The notes under the pieces were generated by a model. The model did no database searches. It was not told the origin of the DNA and worked only from the letters and a program-made list of their open reading frames with translations. Positions 36,117 through 44,997 of a stretch of DNA of 64,000 nt are shown here, in pieces; position 1 is the stretch's first letter; each line of letters starts with the position of its first letter. This stretch comes from Eubacteriales bacterium (GTDB taxonomy: Bacteria; Bacillota; Clostridia; Oscillospirales; CAG-272), in assembly GCA_045636385.1 (NCBI GenBank), contig JAZTXK010000044.1:23523-87522 (forward strand), written 5' to 3'. A program made the position numbers and the translations under genes.

Positions 36117-37921
36117 ATTATTGGCATTTCGGTCATACGGAGCTTGGCACAGCCGTAGGGATAGAGCTCGATCTCCGCTTCATCAGAGATGGGCGTGCGC
36201 GATTCGGGCACCTTGGCGCAGACGTTTTCGTGTCGCTCGGCAAGTCCCCAAGGGATCTGCTTCATCTTTGCCGTCAGCGTTACGGGCGGATGCTCGGAGG
36301 AGAAGGGAATATCGGAGAGGGATTTTTTATTGAGCTTCAATTCAAGCGAGGAGAATGCGTAGTTCCAATCCGACTTCGGGATGTATTCGTAGTCGCAGTA
36401 GGGGAACTTGCGCTCGACGCCGTTTCTCTCGTATTCGTACATCTTCTTTTCGTACTTGATGGGGAGCGAGAAGACGAGCGAGCCGCAACGGACGCTGGCA
36501 AGATTATGCGGACGGTTGAAAAATTCGGGATTTGTGGTAAATTCGATGTTAAAGATCTTCTTTTCGCCCGCCTTGACGGAGAGAACGAGCATAGAGCCGT
36601 AGGCGCAGTTTCCGTTTACCTTGACATCCTTCGCGAAGGAGGGGACGCGGACGAGAAGCTTGAAGTCTTCCTTTGCCTCGAGTGTATATTCAAAAGAGTT
36701 TTCAAAGGGATAATTCGTCTTCAGCTCGACCGAATAAGCGTCGGTTTTGACAGAGGACGGTACGGGAACGACCGAAATGACCTCGTCTTCCGCGTGCATA
36801 AACGCGGAGAGCGCGAATTTAGGCCAAGCCTGACCGAAGTTTGCGGTGCAGCAGCCGTACTCGGGCTCGAGTCCGAAAAGATGCGCCTCGCGCTTGTTCG
36901 TGCCGAAGATGGGCTTGCCGGGGAAACGGATGCAGGCGATCTGGTTGCTCTGCTGATCGTACTGATGCGTCCACATATCGTCGCTGATCGTCGCGGGGAG
37001 GGCGTTAAACGCAAGTACTTCGAGGCGTTCCGCCCACTTGAAGTCGCCCGTTGCGGCGAAAAGATGCTCGTAGGAGTACATCTGCTCGGCAACGGCGCAG
37101 AGCTCCGTTCCCTGGATGGGAGAAAGTCCCGAGAGGCATTCGTCGCCCGTGAAAAGTCCGACGGGCGTGCCATTGTAGTTTTTAAGTACCTCGGAGAGCT
37201 TTTCCGCAACGTCGGAGTATTCCTCGCCGAGAAGATCGTGGCTGACCGCCTCGTATTTCAGCATCATTCCGAGGTTGACGATGTGCGTTTCGTAGGTCCA
37301 CTTGTCAAGCGGACGCTTCCAAAGGTGAGTCAGACTCGGATAATCCGTGCCCTGATCCTTTAAAATGCGGGCGAGGTCGGAGAGCCATTCCTCGTTATAG
37401 CGTTTTTTGAGGAAGTCTATTGCGATAAATGCCTCGAACCAACGGGCACGTCCCCACTTAAAGAGCGAGATCGTGCCCGAGGAGAGCAGATCGTGGTAGT
37501 TTTTCATCACGCGGTAAAGTACCTCGGGGATGCGCTCGTCGCGCGAGCATTCGTAATATACGACAAGGACCTTCGATATAAGCTGTACCGCCCAGCTGTC
37601 GTATGTAGGGATCTCTTCCTCGGCGCAGGGGCATATCCATCCGCTTTCCTTCTGATAGGAAAGAATTGCATCTATATATTTCTTCGCGCGAGCGATCATA
37701 TCCTCGTTTTCGAGGAGGTATGCAAGTGGGATGAATCCGTCGAGCCAATAGGGAACGCGCTCCCAACCCTCGGCGTCGCCTCCGATCCACGCGCTGTCGC
37801 GAACGTCGCGCCAGACCTTATCAAGATTACCCGCAAGTGACTCCGCCTGAATCAGGAGCTGACGGCGAAGCCATCCCTCGGGCTTTATTTCATTTGATGT
37901 GTAAAAATTCCATTTTTTCAC
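36113..37921 (-). CDS. GH127/DUF1680-family (beta-L-arabinofuranosidase-like) glycoside hydrolase
   Basis: 602 aa. It has the Cys-rich motif EYGCCTANFGQAWPKF (compare GCACCPANIARL of HypBA1) and an (alpha/alpha)6-like N-terminal half. The GTG start is preceded by GGAGGA. Confidence 0.65.
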   Translation of the reverse strand: MKKWNFYTSNEIKPEGWLRRQLLIQAESLAGNLDKVWRDVRDSAWIGGDAEGWERVPYWLDGFIPLAYLLENEDMIARAKKYIDAILSYQKESGWICPCAEEEIPTYDSWAVQLISKVLVVYYECSRDERIPEVLYRVMKNYHDLLSSGTISLFKWGRARWFEAFIAIDFLKKRYNEEWLSDLARILKDQGTDYPSLTHLWKRPLDKWTYETHIVNLGMMLKYEAVSHDLLGEEYSDVAEKLSEVLKNYNGTPVGLFTGDECLSGLSPIQGTELCAVAEQMYSYEHLFAATGDFKWAERLEVLAFNALPATISDDMWTHQYDQQSNQIACIRFPGKPIFGTNKREAHLFGLEPEYGCCTANFGQAWPKFALSAFMHAEDEVISVVPVPSSVKTDAYSVELKTNYPFENSFEYTLEAKEDFKLLVRVPSFAKDVKVNGNCAYGSMLVLSVKAGEKKIFNIEFTTNPEFFNRPHNLASVRCGSLVFSLPIKYEKKMYEYERNGVERKFPYCDYEYIPKSDWNYAFSSLELKLNKKSLSDIPFSSEHPPVTLTAKMKQIPWGLAERHENVCAKVPESRTPISDEAEIELYPYGCAKLRMTEMPII

Positions 37922-37971
37922 GGCAGTTTCCTCCGTTTATTTTATTTGAGTTAATTATAGCACAGATGGGG

Positions 37972-38000
37972 TTGAAAATCAATCTTTTTTATGATATAAT
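37972..38000 (+). promoter_or_regulatory. Sigma-A-type promoter
   Basis: TTGAAA, a 17-nt spacer, then TATAAT. Confidence 0.55.
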
Positions 38001-38029
38001 GGAAACGAAAATATGAAAGGAGCAACATA

Positions 38030-38521
38030 ATGATCGTTTTCTTGATTTGCTGTGTCTGCGAATTGGCGTGGGTATTTGGATATGGATTATTGCTGAATTC
38101 GTTTTTACCTATGGAATTCTTCTTTTTTGTAGCTTTGGGAATTCCTTTTTGCGTATATATGATATTTTGTAAAAAACTTTCATTTAACAATAAGGTGAAC
38201 AAGATGATTTTTGTAGCGATTTGTTCTCTTATCTTGGCTGTGTTGTCGATCTTTCTGTACGATGGACTTAATCGGTTTTCGAGCGAATTGATTACAGAAT
38301 ACGAGGTTGAGGTTGAAGAAACATCTGCCCGAATAGATAAATATGCATATTTTACAGATCCTGCCGGGCGTTATGTGAAAGTTGCGCTTAATGATTATCG
38401 TCCGATTTTAACAGACGAATATATTGCTGAAGGCGACGTAATCAAGGTGCGTGAATACGTTGGGTTATTTGGAGATGCTTTTTATGTTTTTGTGGAAAAA
38501 GTTATATTACCGAAAGATTAG
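38030..38521 (+). CDS. Hypothetical small membrane protein, low GC
   Basis: 163 aa with three N-terminal TM segments. RBS AAAGGAG is present. GC was about 42% on one sampled line versus about 55% for a neighbouring gene. Confidence 0.5.
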   Translation: MIVFLICCVCELAWVFGYGLLLNSFLPMEFFFFVALGIPFCVYMIFCKKLSFNNKVNKMIFVAICSLILAVLSIFLYDGLNRFSSELITEYEVEVEETSARIDKYAYFTDPAGRYVKVALNDYRPILTDEYIAEGDVIKVREYVGLFGDAFYVFVEKVILPKD

Positions 38522-38597
38522 ATATGTGAAGGGAAAATATTTTTTCCACTAAAGCGAAGTTTAAAGATTAAATAAGCAAGCAAATACGATTGTCATG

Positions 38598-38940
38598 TAT
38601 GCAGTACAGACTTCGATCTCCTCATCCACCACTGCCGTGGTCCCCCTTCCCCGCTGGGGAAGGCTGAGTGGTTTCTGCTATAATTTTGTTTCATACATCG
38701 AATATCAATCAAACTTATAATTTTCATATAAAAAGGAATATTTTATTGAAAAGGTTTGCAAAAACTCTATCTTGAGTGCAAATTGATTTAAATAAAATAT
38801 TCCTAATTGCTTTTTATGGGGTAAGTTAATACGATATTTGCTGAATGTCCGATGAAGTTCGATTTCACTATTAGCCTTCCCCAGCGGGGAAGGGAGACCA
38901 CGGCAGTGGTGGATGAGGAGATCGAAGTCTGTACTGCATA
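38598..38940. repeat. 70-bp near-perfect inverted repeat (38598-38667 / 38871-38940) flanking a 203-bp AT-rich core
   Basis: The reverse complement of the right arm equals the left arm except for 2 mismatches. The arm is TATGCAGTACAGACTTCGATCTCCTCATCCACCACTGCCGTGGTC(C/T)CCCTTCCCCGCTGGGGAAGGCT(G/A)A. Each arm also contains its own small palindrome, CCTTCCCCGCTGGGGAAGG. Confidence 0.85.
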
Positions 38941-39025
38941 ATACTTAAGCGCACTTATTATTTTAATAAAATTGAAAATTTTCGCTCTGCGAAAATTCAC
39001 AGTGTTTGCTTCCACACTAATAATT

Positions 39026-39066
39026 TGGGCTGAGAACGCTGTAAACAGCGACTCAGCCCATTTTTA
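39026..39066. terminator. Intrinsic terminator (T-run on the plus strand) adjacent to the stop of the minus-strand GDPD lipoprotein gene
   Basis: Hairpin tgggctgag...ctcagccca followed by TTTTTA on the plus strand. Confidence 0.65.
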
Positions 39067-39072
39067 TTTGAA

Positions 39073-40599
39073 TTATTTAGTATACTCAGTCGCCGAGAAA
39101 TTCTCCGCGATGTATTTGCACATCATATATCCGTAGTTTACGAGCTGGATGTTGATTCCCACGTCGTAGAGCTCACCGTAGAATGCGGTGGATTCGCAGT
39201 TTTCGGGGTAGGCGGGGTTGGTGTTGTGAACGTCGGCGTAGATTCTGATCTTGCCCTTGAAGCCCTCGAATCTCGTCTTGTTCTCCGCGAGGAAGTCCTT
39301 GTAGCTGTACTCGGAGAAGTTGCAGGTCAGACGCATCATATAAGAGAGATCGTAGCTCTTGATAGAGCGAGCGAGAAGGTCAGCCTTCGCCTCGTTCTTC
39401 ATAAAGTTGAGGATGGGTCTGCCGCAGAGAGCGGTGGTTCTTTCGCGGAGCTCACGGGTGAATGCGTATCCGCTGCTGACGAACGCGGAGTGCCATGTGC
39501 AGATAACGGTGGTGTAAGCCTTATACTTTTCAAGCAGAGGCCAGATGTCGCGGTCGAATTCCCAGAAGATAACGCCGTTTGCGTCTTCCTTTACGTCAAG
39601 ACGGATAAAGATGCGGTTCGCACAAACCTTGATCGCCTCGTCGAGAGTGGGAATCTTGTAGGGAGTTACAGCCGCGCCGTCACCGCCCTGACCCATCTTA
39701 AGATTGAGCTGCATAAGCTGCTCGTAGGTCCAATCGGTAAGCTCTGCGGAGTTGGGGAGTCCGTTTTTACCCATCTTATCCGCAACGTCGGTGGTTCTCC
39801 GGAGGTTTGCGTCGTGAAGAAGGACGAAAACGCCGTCCTTGGTCACGCGGGGGTCGATCTCGACCATATCGCCGCCGAGCATTATTGCGCTGATAAGACC
39901 CTCGATCGAGTTTTCGGGGTAGTAGACCATCTCGCCGCGGTGCAGGCAGGACATAAGTCTGCCGTCAACGTCATTGTATGCCGCGTATTTTTCATCGAAA
40001 TCGAGCATCCATTCGGGAGTTTCGTGGTAGAATTCCCAATGGAGCGCGAGCTTCGAGAAATCGTTTATGTATTCCTGACGGTCGGGGAGGGTGTAGGAGA
40101 TCGCTACGTCGGAATACTCATACTTATACTTGTCGGGAGTGAAGAGCTTTGCAAGTCTTGCGCAAGCTGTGTCGGTAGCGTAAGTGCTTCCGCCTGCGAT
40201 GGTGAGCGAGGTGCCGTTCAGAACGATCTTGAAATCGTCCATTCCGAGACCGTCGGCAGATGCGCCGCGGGCGAAGACTGCGATCTCGTAGTCGGTTGCC
40301 GCTTCGGATTCGCTCTTGACGGCGATAGTAGAGCCGCAGATAGCGCCAAGTCTTGCCGCAAGCTCTTTGGCGGTTGCCTCGTAGCCCTCGCCGTAAACGA
40401 CGGTGTACTCGGAAAGGGGTGTTTCACCGATTCTGACGGTTGTATCGGGCTCGGTTTCGGGTTCTGTTGCGGCATCGGTTGCGGGAGCGGTGGTGAGCGC
40501 CTCTTGTGCTGTGGTTTCTGCGGGTTCAACGGTGTTGCAGGATGCAAGTGCGCCCGTAAGCATAATGAGCGCGAGGATGAGAGATGCGATTCTTTTCAT
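39073..40599 (-). CDS. Lipoprotein: shared N-terminal module plus glycerophosphodiester phosphodiesterase (GDPD) domain
   Basis: Lipobox LASC and a T/A/E/P linker. The module is YTVVYGEGYEATAKELAARLGAICG...YEIAVFARG...LNGTSLTIAGG. The GDPD core is HRGEMVYYPENSIEGLISAIMLGGDMVEIDPRVTKDGVFVLLHD. An ATG at 40599 has better RBS spacing than the ATG at 40605. Confidence 0.75.
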   Translation of the reverse strand: MKRIASLILALIMLTGALASCNTVEPAETTAQEALTTAPATDAATEPETEPDTTVRIGETPLSEYTVVYGEGYEATAKELAARLGAICGSTIAVKSESEAATDYEIAVFARGASADGLGMDDFKIVLNGTSLTIAGGSTYATDTACARLAKLFTPDKYKYEYSDVAISYTLPDRQEYINDFSKLALHWEFYHETPEWMLDFDEKYAAYNDVDGRLMSCLHRGEMVYYPENSIEGLISAIMLGGDMVEIDPRVTKDGVFVLLHDANLRRTTDVADKMGKNGLPNSAELTDWTYEQLMQLNLKMGQGGDGAAVTPYKIPTLDEAIKVCANRIFIRLDVKEDANGVIFWEFDRDIWPLLEKYKAYTTVICTWHSAFVSSGYAFTRELRERTTALCGRPILNFMKNEAKADLLARSIKSYDLSYMMRLTCNFSEYSYKDFLAENKTRFEGFKGKIRIYADVHNTNPAYPENCESTAFYGELYDVGINIQLVNYGYMMCKYIAENFSATEYTK

Positions 40600-40610
40600 T
40601 GCCATATTCC

Positions 40611-42515
40611 TTATTTAGTGTATTCTGTTGCCTCAAAATTTGCGGCTATGTACTGGCAGAGCGAAAGTGCCTTGTTTACGAGCTGATAATTGATGCCTGC
40701 TTCGTAGAGCTCGGCGTAGAACGCGTGGGATTCGTTGTTGCCGTTATGAACGTCGGTGTAGGTGCGGAGCTTGCCCTTGTAGGAGTCGAGCTTCGTTTTG
40801 TTGTTTTTAAGATATTCCTTGTAATCAACGTCGCCGAAGTTGACGAAAAGGCGGATTCCGGGGTTGAAATCGTGACCCTTGATGACCTTGTTGTTTGCGG
40901 AGAGGGTATTGGCGTCACCCATGAAGACGATGCCGGGCTTGCCCGAAAGCTCCTGCGACTTCGCGCGATAGGTGTCGGTCAGGCTGTAGCTGTTTGCCTT
41001 AAACCAGCTGTGCCAAGTGTAGATGACGTTGGAATAGCTCTCATACTTCTGCATAAGAGGCCAGATGTCCTTTTCAAAATCCCAGTAGGGAGTATCATCG
41101 GTCGGGCCCTTTACGTCGAGACGGATGAAGATGCGGTTCGCGCAGACCTTGAAAGCCTCGTCGAGGGTGGGGATCTTGTAGGGCGTCAGCTTTGCGCTCG
41201 CGCCGCCGGTGCCTGTCTTGAGGTTGAGCTGCATAAGCTGCTCGTAGGTCCATTCGGATACGTTAGCCGACTTGGGAAGACCGTTCTTGCCCGCCATTTC
41301 CTCAAAGTTGGTGGTGCGGGTGAGGGTAGCATCGTGAAGGAGAACGAAAACGCCGTCCTTGGTGAGACGCGGGTCGATCTCGACCATATCGCAGCCCATC
41401 ATGATCGCGCTGATGATGCCCTCGATCGAGTTTTCGGGGTAGTAGACCATATCGCCGCGGTGGGCGCAGGACATAAGTCTGCCCGCGGGATCCATACTTG
41501 CGGCGTATTTTTCATCGTAATCAAGCATCCACTCGGGAGTCTGGAATGCAAGCTCCCAATGGAGGGGGAGGGATTCGATATCGTTTACGTAATCGCGCGA
41601 TGCGGGGAGCTCGTAGTGAAGGGTGAGATCGGAGATCGCGTATTCGGTCTTATCGCCGTCCGCGATCATCTTGCAAAGACGCGCGCAAGCCATTTCGACC
41701 GCGGTTTTGTTACCTGCGCTGATGTAGAGGTGCGCGCCCGCACCGCCGTCGGTGATATAGAAATCGTCGATGCGCTCGGTGGAGATCTTCGAGATGAAGC
41801 GGGAAGCAGCACCGATCGCGATTTCGTGTGCGGCGGGCTCATCCTTTTCGGTCTGTGTGCGAATGACTGCACCGGTCAGAACGCCGAGTCTGTTGGCGAC
41901 CTCTGCCGCAGCGTCCTTGTAGCTTGAGCCGTAAACGATGACGTAATCGGTCAGCGGAACGCCACCGACGGTAACGCCGGGCTTTTCGTATTCTGCCGCC
42001 TCAACCACGCGGAGCGTGGAGTTTACGGTAAGCTCGCCCTCGGTGAGGTATTTTTCGATAAAGAGATCAACGGCGCGGACGACAGCCTCGTCGCTGTGTC
42101 CCGTGATCATAAGGCGGTTGCCGATGAAGGCGATGACGGCATCGTTGTATCCAACGCCCTCGAGAGCCTGCGCGGATTCCTCGCGGTTTACCGTGCCTAC
42201 GGCGATCTCGTAAGGATGCGCCTCCTTGTTCGGCATAATGAAGTCGTCGCTGACATCGATCTTTACGCCGTATTTGTCGCTGAAAACGTTTCGCAGACGG
42301 ACGAAGGCATCGGTTACGGTGCTCGAAGCCTTCTCGGAGCGGATGAGCTTATATTCGGTCGTGCCACCTGAGGTGATGGCAACGGGAGGCGCGTCGGGAG
42401 TGGTGGTTTCGACTACCTCCGGGGTAGTGGTAACGTCGCTTTCACCGCCGTCGCAGGATGAGAGGATCATCAGCACGGCAAGCAGAAGCGAGAGAAGAAT
42501 GATTGATTTTTTCAT
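40611..42515 (-). CDS. Lipoprotein: two copies of the shared N-terminal module plus GDPD domain (tandem paralog)
   Basis: Lipobox LSSC. The first module is YKLIRSEKASSTVTDAFVRLRNVF...YEIAVGTVN...FIGNRLMITGH. The second is YVIVYGSSYKDAAAEVANRLGVL...HEIAIGAAS...HLYISAGN. The GDPD core is HRGDMVYYPENSIEGIISAIMMGCDMVEIDPRLTKDGVFVLLHD. The start was set at the ATG preceded by GAGGAAA. Confidence 0.75.
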   Translation of the reverse strand: MKKSIILLSLLLAVLMILSSCDGGESDVTTTPEVVETTTPDAPPVAITSGGTTEYKLIRSEKASSTVTDAFVRLRNVFSDKYGVKIDVSDDFIMPNKEAHPYEIAVGTVNREESAQALEGVGYNDAVIAFIGNRLMITGHSDEAVVRAVDLFIEKYLTEGELTVNSTLRVVEAAEYEKPGVTVGGVPLTDYVIVYGSSYKDAAAEVANRLGVLTGAVIRTQTEKDEPAAHEIAIGAASRFISKISTERIDDFYITDGGAGAHLYISAGNKTAVEMACARLCKMIADGDKTEYAISDLTLHYELPASRDYVNDIESLPLHWELAFQTPEWMLDYDEKYAASMDPAGRLMSCAHRGDMVYYPENSIEGIISAIMMGCDMVEIDPRLTKDGVFVLLHDATLTRTTNFEEMAGKNGLPKSANVSEWTYEQLMQLNLKTGTGGASAKLTPYKIPTLDEAFKVCANRIFIRLDVKGPTDDTPYWDFEKDIWPLMQKYESYSNVIYTWHSWFKANSYSLTDTYRAKSQELSGKPGIVFMGDANTLSANNKVIKGHDFNPGIRLFVNFGDVDYKEYLKNNKTKLDSYKGKLRTYTDVHNGNNESHAFYAELYEAGINYQLVNKALSLCQYIAANFEATEYTK

Positions 42516-42595
42516 AAATATTTCCTCGCGAAAAGATAATTTCTTATATAGTAGCATAAAAGACGAAAAAAATCAATCTTTGTTTGTAAATTTTA

Positions 42596-42634
42596 ATAAA
42601 AAACTGCCCCTCGGCGCGGTACGCCGAGGGGCAG
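42596..42634 (-). terminator. Strong intrinsic terminator after the sigma/partner gene pair
   Basis: A 13-bp GC-rich stem, ctgcccctcggcg/cgccgaggggcag, is followed by a T-run on the minus strand. Confidence 0.8.
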
Positions 42635-42642
42635 TGGAGCGA

Positions 42643-44196
42643 TCAAGACTTGGTTTGATCCCATATAATAGAGCCTATGAACTCCTCGTCAACGATTCCG
42701 AGCGAGTACGCTTCTTCCAAGCGGTAAAAAGCTCCGTCTTTATAGATATACATCACCTGACTGTCGGAAAAAGTGAAGGTATATCCCGCAACACTTTCGG
42801 TACGAACCATCTGTGCATACATAAACGGACCGCCGACCATAACGGCATACGTTGAATAGCGTGCGGCATAGCACCGAACACTCCATGAAGCTTCCAAAGG
42901 ATTTTTTACCTCTTTTAGCTGTATATAATCCCAAACTACCCTGCGTATTTCATCTTCGGGGAGAACAATGGGAGATGGCTTATAAGTAGGAGTGTGAATA
43001 ATCAGCTTGTCGCGCAGAGAATCGTCGGCTTTTATTTTCAGATCATCCAGATAATCATTGTACGCAAGATGCCTTTGATATACAAGCGCAACGTCATCGG
43101 CTGTGAGCATTCCGCGCTCGTAAGCCTCCGCGAAATCGGTAAATTCGCCGTCCGCATATACAACGAAATCCTTTATAAGCGTTGTGAAAAGCAATTTCTG
43201 TCCCGCCATGTTCAGCGTTGTCAAAAATTCTCTTTCGTCCGTGACAAAAAGAACGTATTTGTTTCCGAATTTGCCGTAGTAACGGTATTCGTCAAGATAT
43301 TTTTCTCGGAAAAATCTGTGAGGATCACATCCTATACTTGCGCGCACTTGTTTTTCCGCTTCTTTTTCGGGATTTATCGCAGTGTTCTTTACCGCCGCTT
43401 TTTTGAATTCCTCGAGAAGTCCGGGATATAACAAGTCAAATTTCCAAGTGTCATACGCCTTATTTATATTCCGCATTTCAGCCTCCGAAAGGAGCTCGAT
43501 ACCTTCGGTGAATTCGGGACAAATATGAGGATCGTAAGCGAACGGTACATAATAGTCAACATACAGCCCATAGAAATAATCTATCTCATCGGAGGTGAGA
43601 AGATCCGCTTCTTCAATTTCCGATTGTTTATAAAGCACACCATTATTGAAAAAGAGCATCGTTCCCGTATAGAAATCAAACGAATATCCGCCAAGCTCAA
43701 AGCAGCAAAGTCCGTCTATGCTGACAGAGTTCCACAAAACGATCGTATCGCCGTATTTTCCAAAGTAATAGTTGCGGTATTTTTCTTTTCGCATCGCGCT
43801 TTCAACCGAATCGAATAATTTATAAGTTGCGGGCAGATCAATTTCTTTTCGGTATGCCTCGTTGATCTGCGCGAGGTCTTTCTCGGTCAGAACGTAACTG
43901 TCATACGGCTCGGTCTCGGCTTCGGTGATTTCCACTGTCGTTCCCGACGAAGCATAGGAATTGATCACCTCTGCGATATAGCCGAAGACAGGAAAAGCCA
44001 TTGAAAGCAGAAGCACGCAGGCAACGAGGGCGGCGTACTGTTTCCAGTACTTGAAGGGGGAGGGCTTAGTATAAGTTGCGCTCTGCGGCTCGGCAACCGA
44101 CCGCAGTTTAAGGCTCTCGCCGACCTCGGCGATGTATTTCGGGTCGATATAGTCAAAGGCTTCGATCAGCCTTAAATCCTTGAAATTGCCGTTCAT
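42643..44196 (-). CDS. Single-pass membrane protein, putative anti-sigma factor, with three internal extracytoplasmic repeats of about 100 aa
   Basis: The start was set at MNGNFKDL, where the ATG overlaps the sigma gene stop (ATGA) and is preceded by GGAGGGG. The TM segment is YAALVACVLLLSMAFPVFGYI. Three repeats are visible, each with a YxGKYG..VL...GY.F.F......Y.DG.FY..EAY..G-like pattern. GC is low. Confidence 0.6.
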   Translation of the reverse strand: MNGNFKDLRLIEAFDYIDPKYIAEVGESLKLRSVAEPQSATYTKPSPFKYWKQYAALVACVLLLSMAFPVFGYIAEVINSYASSGTTVEITEAETEPYDSYVLTEKDLAQINEAYRKEIDLPATYKLFDSVESAMRKEKYRNYYFGKYGDTIVLWNSVSIDGLCCFELGGYSFDFYTGTMLFFNNGVLYKQSEIEEADLLTSDEIDYFYGLYVDYYVPFAYDPHICPEFTEGIELLSEAEMRNINKAYDTWKFDLLYPGLLEEFKKAAVKNTAINPEKEAEKQVRASIGCDPHRFFREKYLDEYRYYGKFGNKYVLFVTDEREFLTTLNMAGQKLLFTTLIKDFVVYADGEFTDFAEAYERGMLTADDVALVYQRHLAYNDYLDDLKIKADDSLRDKLIIHTPTYKPSPIVLPEDEIRRVVWDYIQLKEVKNPLEASWSVRCYAARYSTYAVMVGGPFMYAQMVRTESVAGYTFTFSDSQVMYIYKDGAFYRLEEAYSLGIVDEEFIGSIIWDQTKS

Positions 44197-44750
44197 ACTA
44201 TGATCCCCTCCTTTTCGAGTTCTTTTGCCAGCCGCGCGCGCAGGCGGGCTAGCATTGATTTGATCTTGCTCTGCGAAAATCCAGTTTCCTCCATTATGCT
44301 TTTGTCGCTCGCGCGGTACCAATAGCGCAGGACGAAGACCTTTCGCTCGCTTTTGCTCAGCTTTTCAATAAAATCGTTGATCACCTTGCCCGCAAGACGC
44401 GATTCGTAATATTCGGATAGCGTCTGACCGTCGGAGAGCAGTGAGAGTATCTCGTCGCTGACGGTCTGCACGTTGCCTCCGCGCTTCCACGCGTTGTTTG
44501 CCCGCGACTTGCTGATCGCGATATTTTTCGTCCGCGCCGATATGTATGCCGAAAGCGGCTCGGGCTCGTCGGGCGGTATCGAATTCCAGAGTGCGAGCCA
44601 CGTATCGTTGACGCACTCCTCCGCATCCTCGCGCGAGGATAGGAAATTTTGCGCTATATAGCGGCAGAGCTTGCCGTATTTCTTTTCCGTTTCCTTTATA
44701 GCTTCTTCGTCGCGCGCGAAGAAAAGCTCAATTATCTTTCTGTCGTTCAT
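44193..44750 (-). CDS. ECF-type sigma-70 family RNA polymerase sigma factor
   Basis: Region 2 (YGKLCRYIAQNFLSSREDAEECVNDTWLALWNSIPP) and region 4 HTH (VFVLRYWYRASDKSIMEETGFSQSKIKSMLARLR). The ATG is preceded by GGAGG with an 8-nt spacer. Confidence 0.8.
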   Translation of the reverse strand: MNDRKIIELFFARDEEAIKETEKKYGKLCRYIAQNFLSSREDAEECVNDTWLALWNSIPPDEPEPLSAYISARTKNIAISKSRANNAWKRGGNVQTVSDEILSLLSDGQTLSEYYESRLAGKVINDFIEKLSKSERKVFVLRYWYRASDKSIMEETGFSQSKIKSMLARLRARLAKELEKEGIIV

Positions 44751-44968
44751 AGGCAAGACCTCCTTTCACCCTATATATCGCAAAATGCACCCGATCGGTC
44801 GCGTCGGAACGTAAAATTTTTCAATATTTTGTGCGGTACAAACTCCGCATTTTATCAAGTGAATTTACTTTTCATTATAATAATACCATTTCAAAGCCCT
44901 TTTGTCAACCAAAAAGCGATCTGTATTGCCATTTTGCTAAAAAATATTGCACTCAACTCAAAAAGATA

Positions 44969-44997
44969 TTGCATTTCGCACAAATTTGTGGTATAAT
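44969..44997 (+). promoter_or_regulatory. Sigma-A-type promoter (extended -10) for the MoxR operon
   Basis: TTGCAT, a 17-nt spacer ending in TGG, then TATAAT, about 110 nt upstream of the ATG. Confidence 0.55.

Noticed and set aside
38598-38940. Possibility that the 70-bp inverted repeat with its AT-rich core is an invertible promoter (phase-variation inverton).
   Set aside because: It lies between two convergent genes, so neither orientation would drive a downstream gene. No recombinase or invertase gene is in the window. The arms are much longer than typical inverton repeats. I kept it as a structural finding only.
39073-42515. A diversity-generating retroelement (template/variable repeat) explanation for the near-identical segments in the paralogous lipoprotein genes.
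   Set aside because: In the stretches I compared, the differences between paralogs are not confined to adenine positions. No reverse transcriptase gene is present. Ordinary paralogy and gene conversion suffice as explanations.
44806-44840. A GGAAC motif in the sigma/MoxR intergenic region, considered as an ECF-type -35 element.
   Set aside because: It is on the plus strand and points away from the sigma gene. No convincing -10 (CGTC/TCTGA-like) element lies at the expected spacing. A strong sigma-A promoter already explains MoxR transcription.
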